Positions 63,884 through 64,000 of a stretch of 64,000 bases of DNA are shown piece after piece. Location: contig JASNYH010000006.1 in assembly GCA_048500255.1 (NCBI GenBank), positions 133,352-197,351 of the forward strand. Direction: 5' to 3'. This DNA comes from Burkholderiaceae bacterium. Its GTDB lineage: Bacteria > Pseudomonadota > Gammaproteobacteria > Burkholderiales > Burkholderiaceae_C. The notes beneath the pieces are model-generated. The model ran no database searches. It saw only the letters and a list, made by a program, of their open reading frames with translations, and had not been told where the DNA came from. A program made the translations under genes and the position numbers. Numbering within the stretch: the first letter of the stretch is position 1; the number at the start of each line of letters is the position of its first letter.

Positions 63884-64000
63884 TCACGGCTGCGCGTGCG
63901 CGGCCTCGCCGGCCCCGCTCAAGCGGAACACGGCCACCGCCTCGGCGAGGCGCTGCGCCTGCTCCCTGAGCGACCCGGCGGCGGCGGCGCTCTGCTCGAC
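63884..64000 (-). CDS. methyl-accepting chemotaxis protein, extreme C-terminus (gene starts beyond window end)
   Basis: The minus-strand frame reads VEQSAAAAGSLREQAQRLAEAVAVFRLSGAGEAAHAQP then stop (TGA at 63884-63886). The ..SAAAA.SL..QAQ.L...V..F.L pattern is the typical end of the MCP signalling domain. Confidence 0.6.
   Translation of the reverse strand, partial: VEQSAAAAGSLREQAQRLAEAVAVFRLSGAGEAAHAQP

Overview
Very GC-rich bacterial chromosomal DNA. The gene content and order look like a Burkholderiales-type betaproteobacterium, which is an inference from synteny and not a search result. The window is densely packed and mostly housekeeping. I support 65 CDS (two truncated at the window edges, one 44-codon gene missing from the ORF track), 3 tRNAs, one classical bidirectional terminator, one intergenic direct repeat and three tentative promoter or operator sites.

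Main blocks, in order:
- A string of small accessory genes that includes an AAC(3)-I-like acetyltransferase (about 500-4330).
- LPS core genes: a YiiD-like thioesterase, waaA, waaC and algC (4516-8901).
- An alkylation-repair unit: ada-alkA fusion, ogt and a DMT transporter (9041-12100).
- An exported aldo/keto reductase plus histidine phosphatase pair (12119-13665).
- The long conserved minus-strand run leuC-ecn-leuD-leuB-asd-fimV-truA-trpF-trpB-trpA-accD-folC-SPOR-cvpA-purF-metZ-gltX-tRNA(Ala,Glu,Asp).
- A propionyl-CoA to succinyl-CoA operon (mcm-meaB-pccB-pccA-epimerase) that ends in bioB, with a divergent GntR regulator.
- An orphan ATP-dependent DNA ligase.
- folE2, then dxs-ispA-xseB.
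- A Rieske oxygenase, DMT transporter and sulfurtransferase group.
- A polyphosphate module: ppx, with convergent sixA-ppk1.
- polA, thrB, and the tail of a chemoreceptor gene.

I do not see a discrete novel multi-gene system. There are no defence islands, CRISPR arrays, integrases, IS elements or stretches of foreign composition. The many very long ORFs in the track are antisense or read-through artefacts of the high GC content.

The observations most worth a second look are modest:
- the chromosomal AAC(3)-I homologue;
- a Tat-signal aldo/keto reductase translationally coupled to a secreted histidine phosphatase;
- a 63-nt-period direct repeat that fills the purF-metZ spacer;
- bioB embedded in the biotin-dependent carboxylase operon;
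- a SixA-like phosphohistidine phosphatase directly downstream of ppk1;
- a possible Pho-box promoter giving a leaderless ppk1 transcript;
- an orphan Rieske oxygenase coupled to a transporter.

All family assignments come from reading the translations and from remembered motifs. No database search or computation was run.
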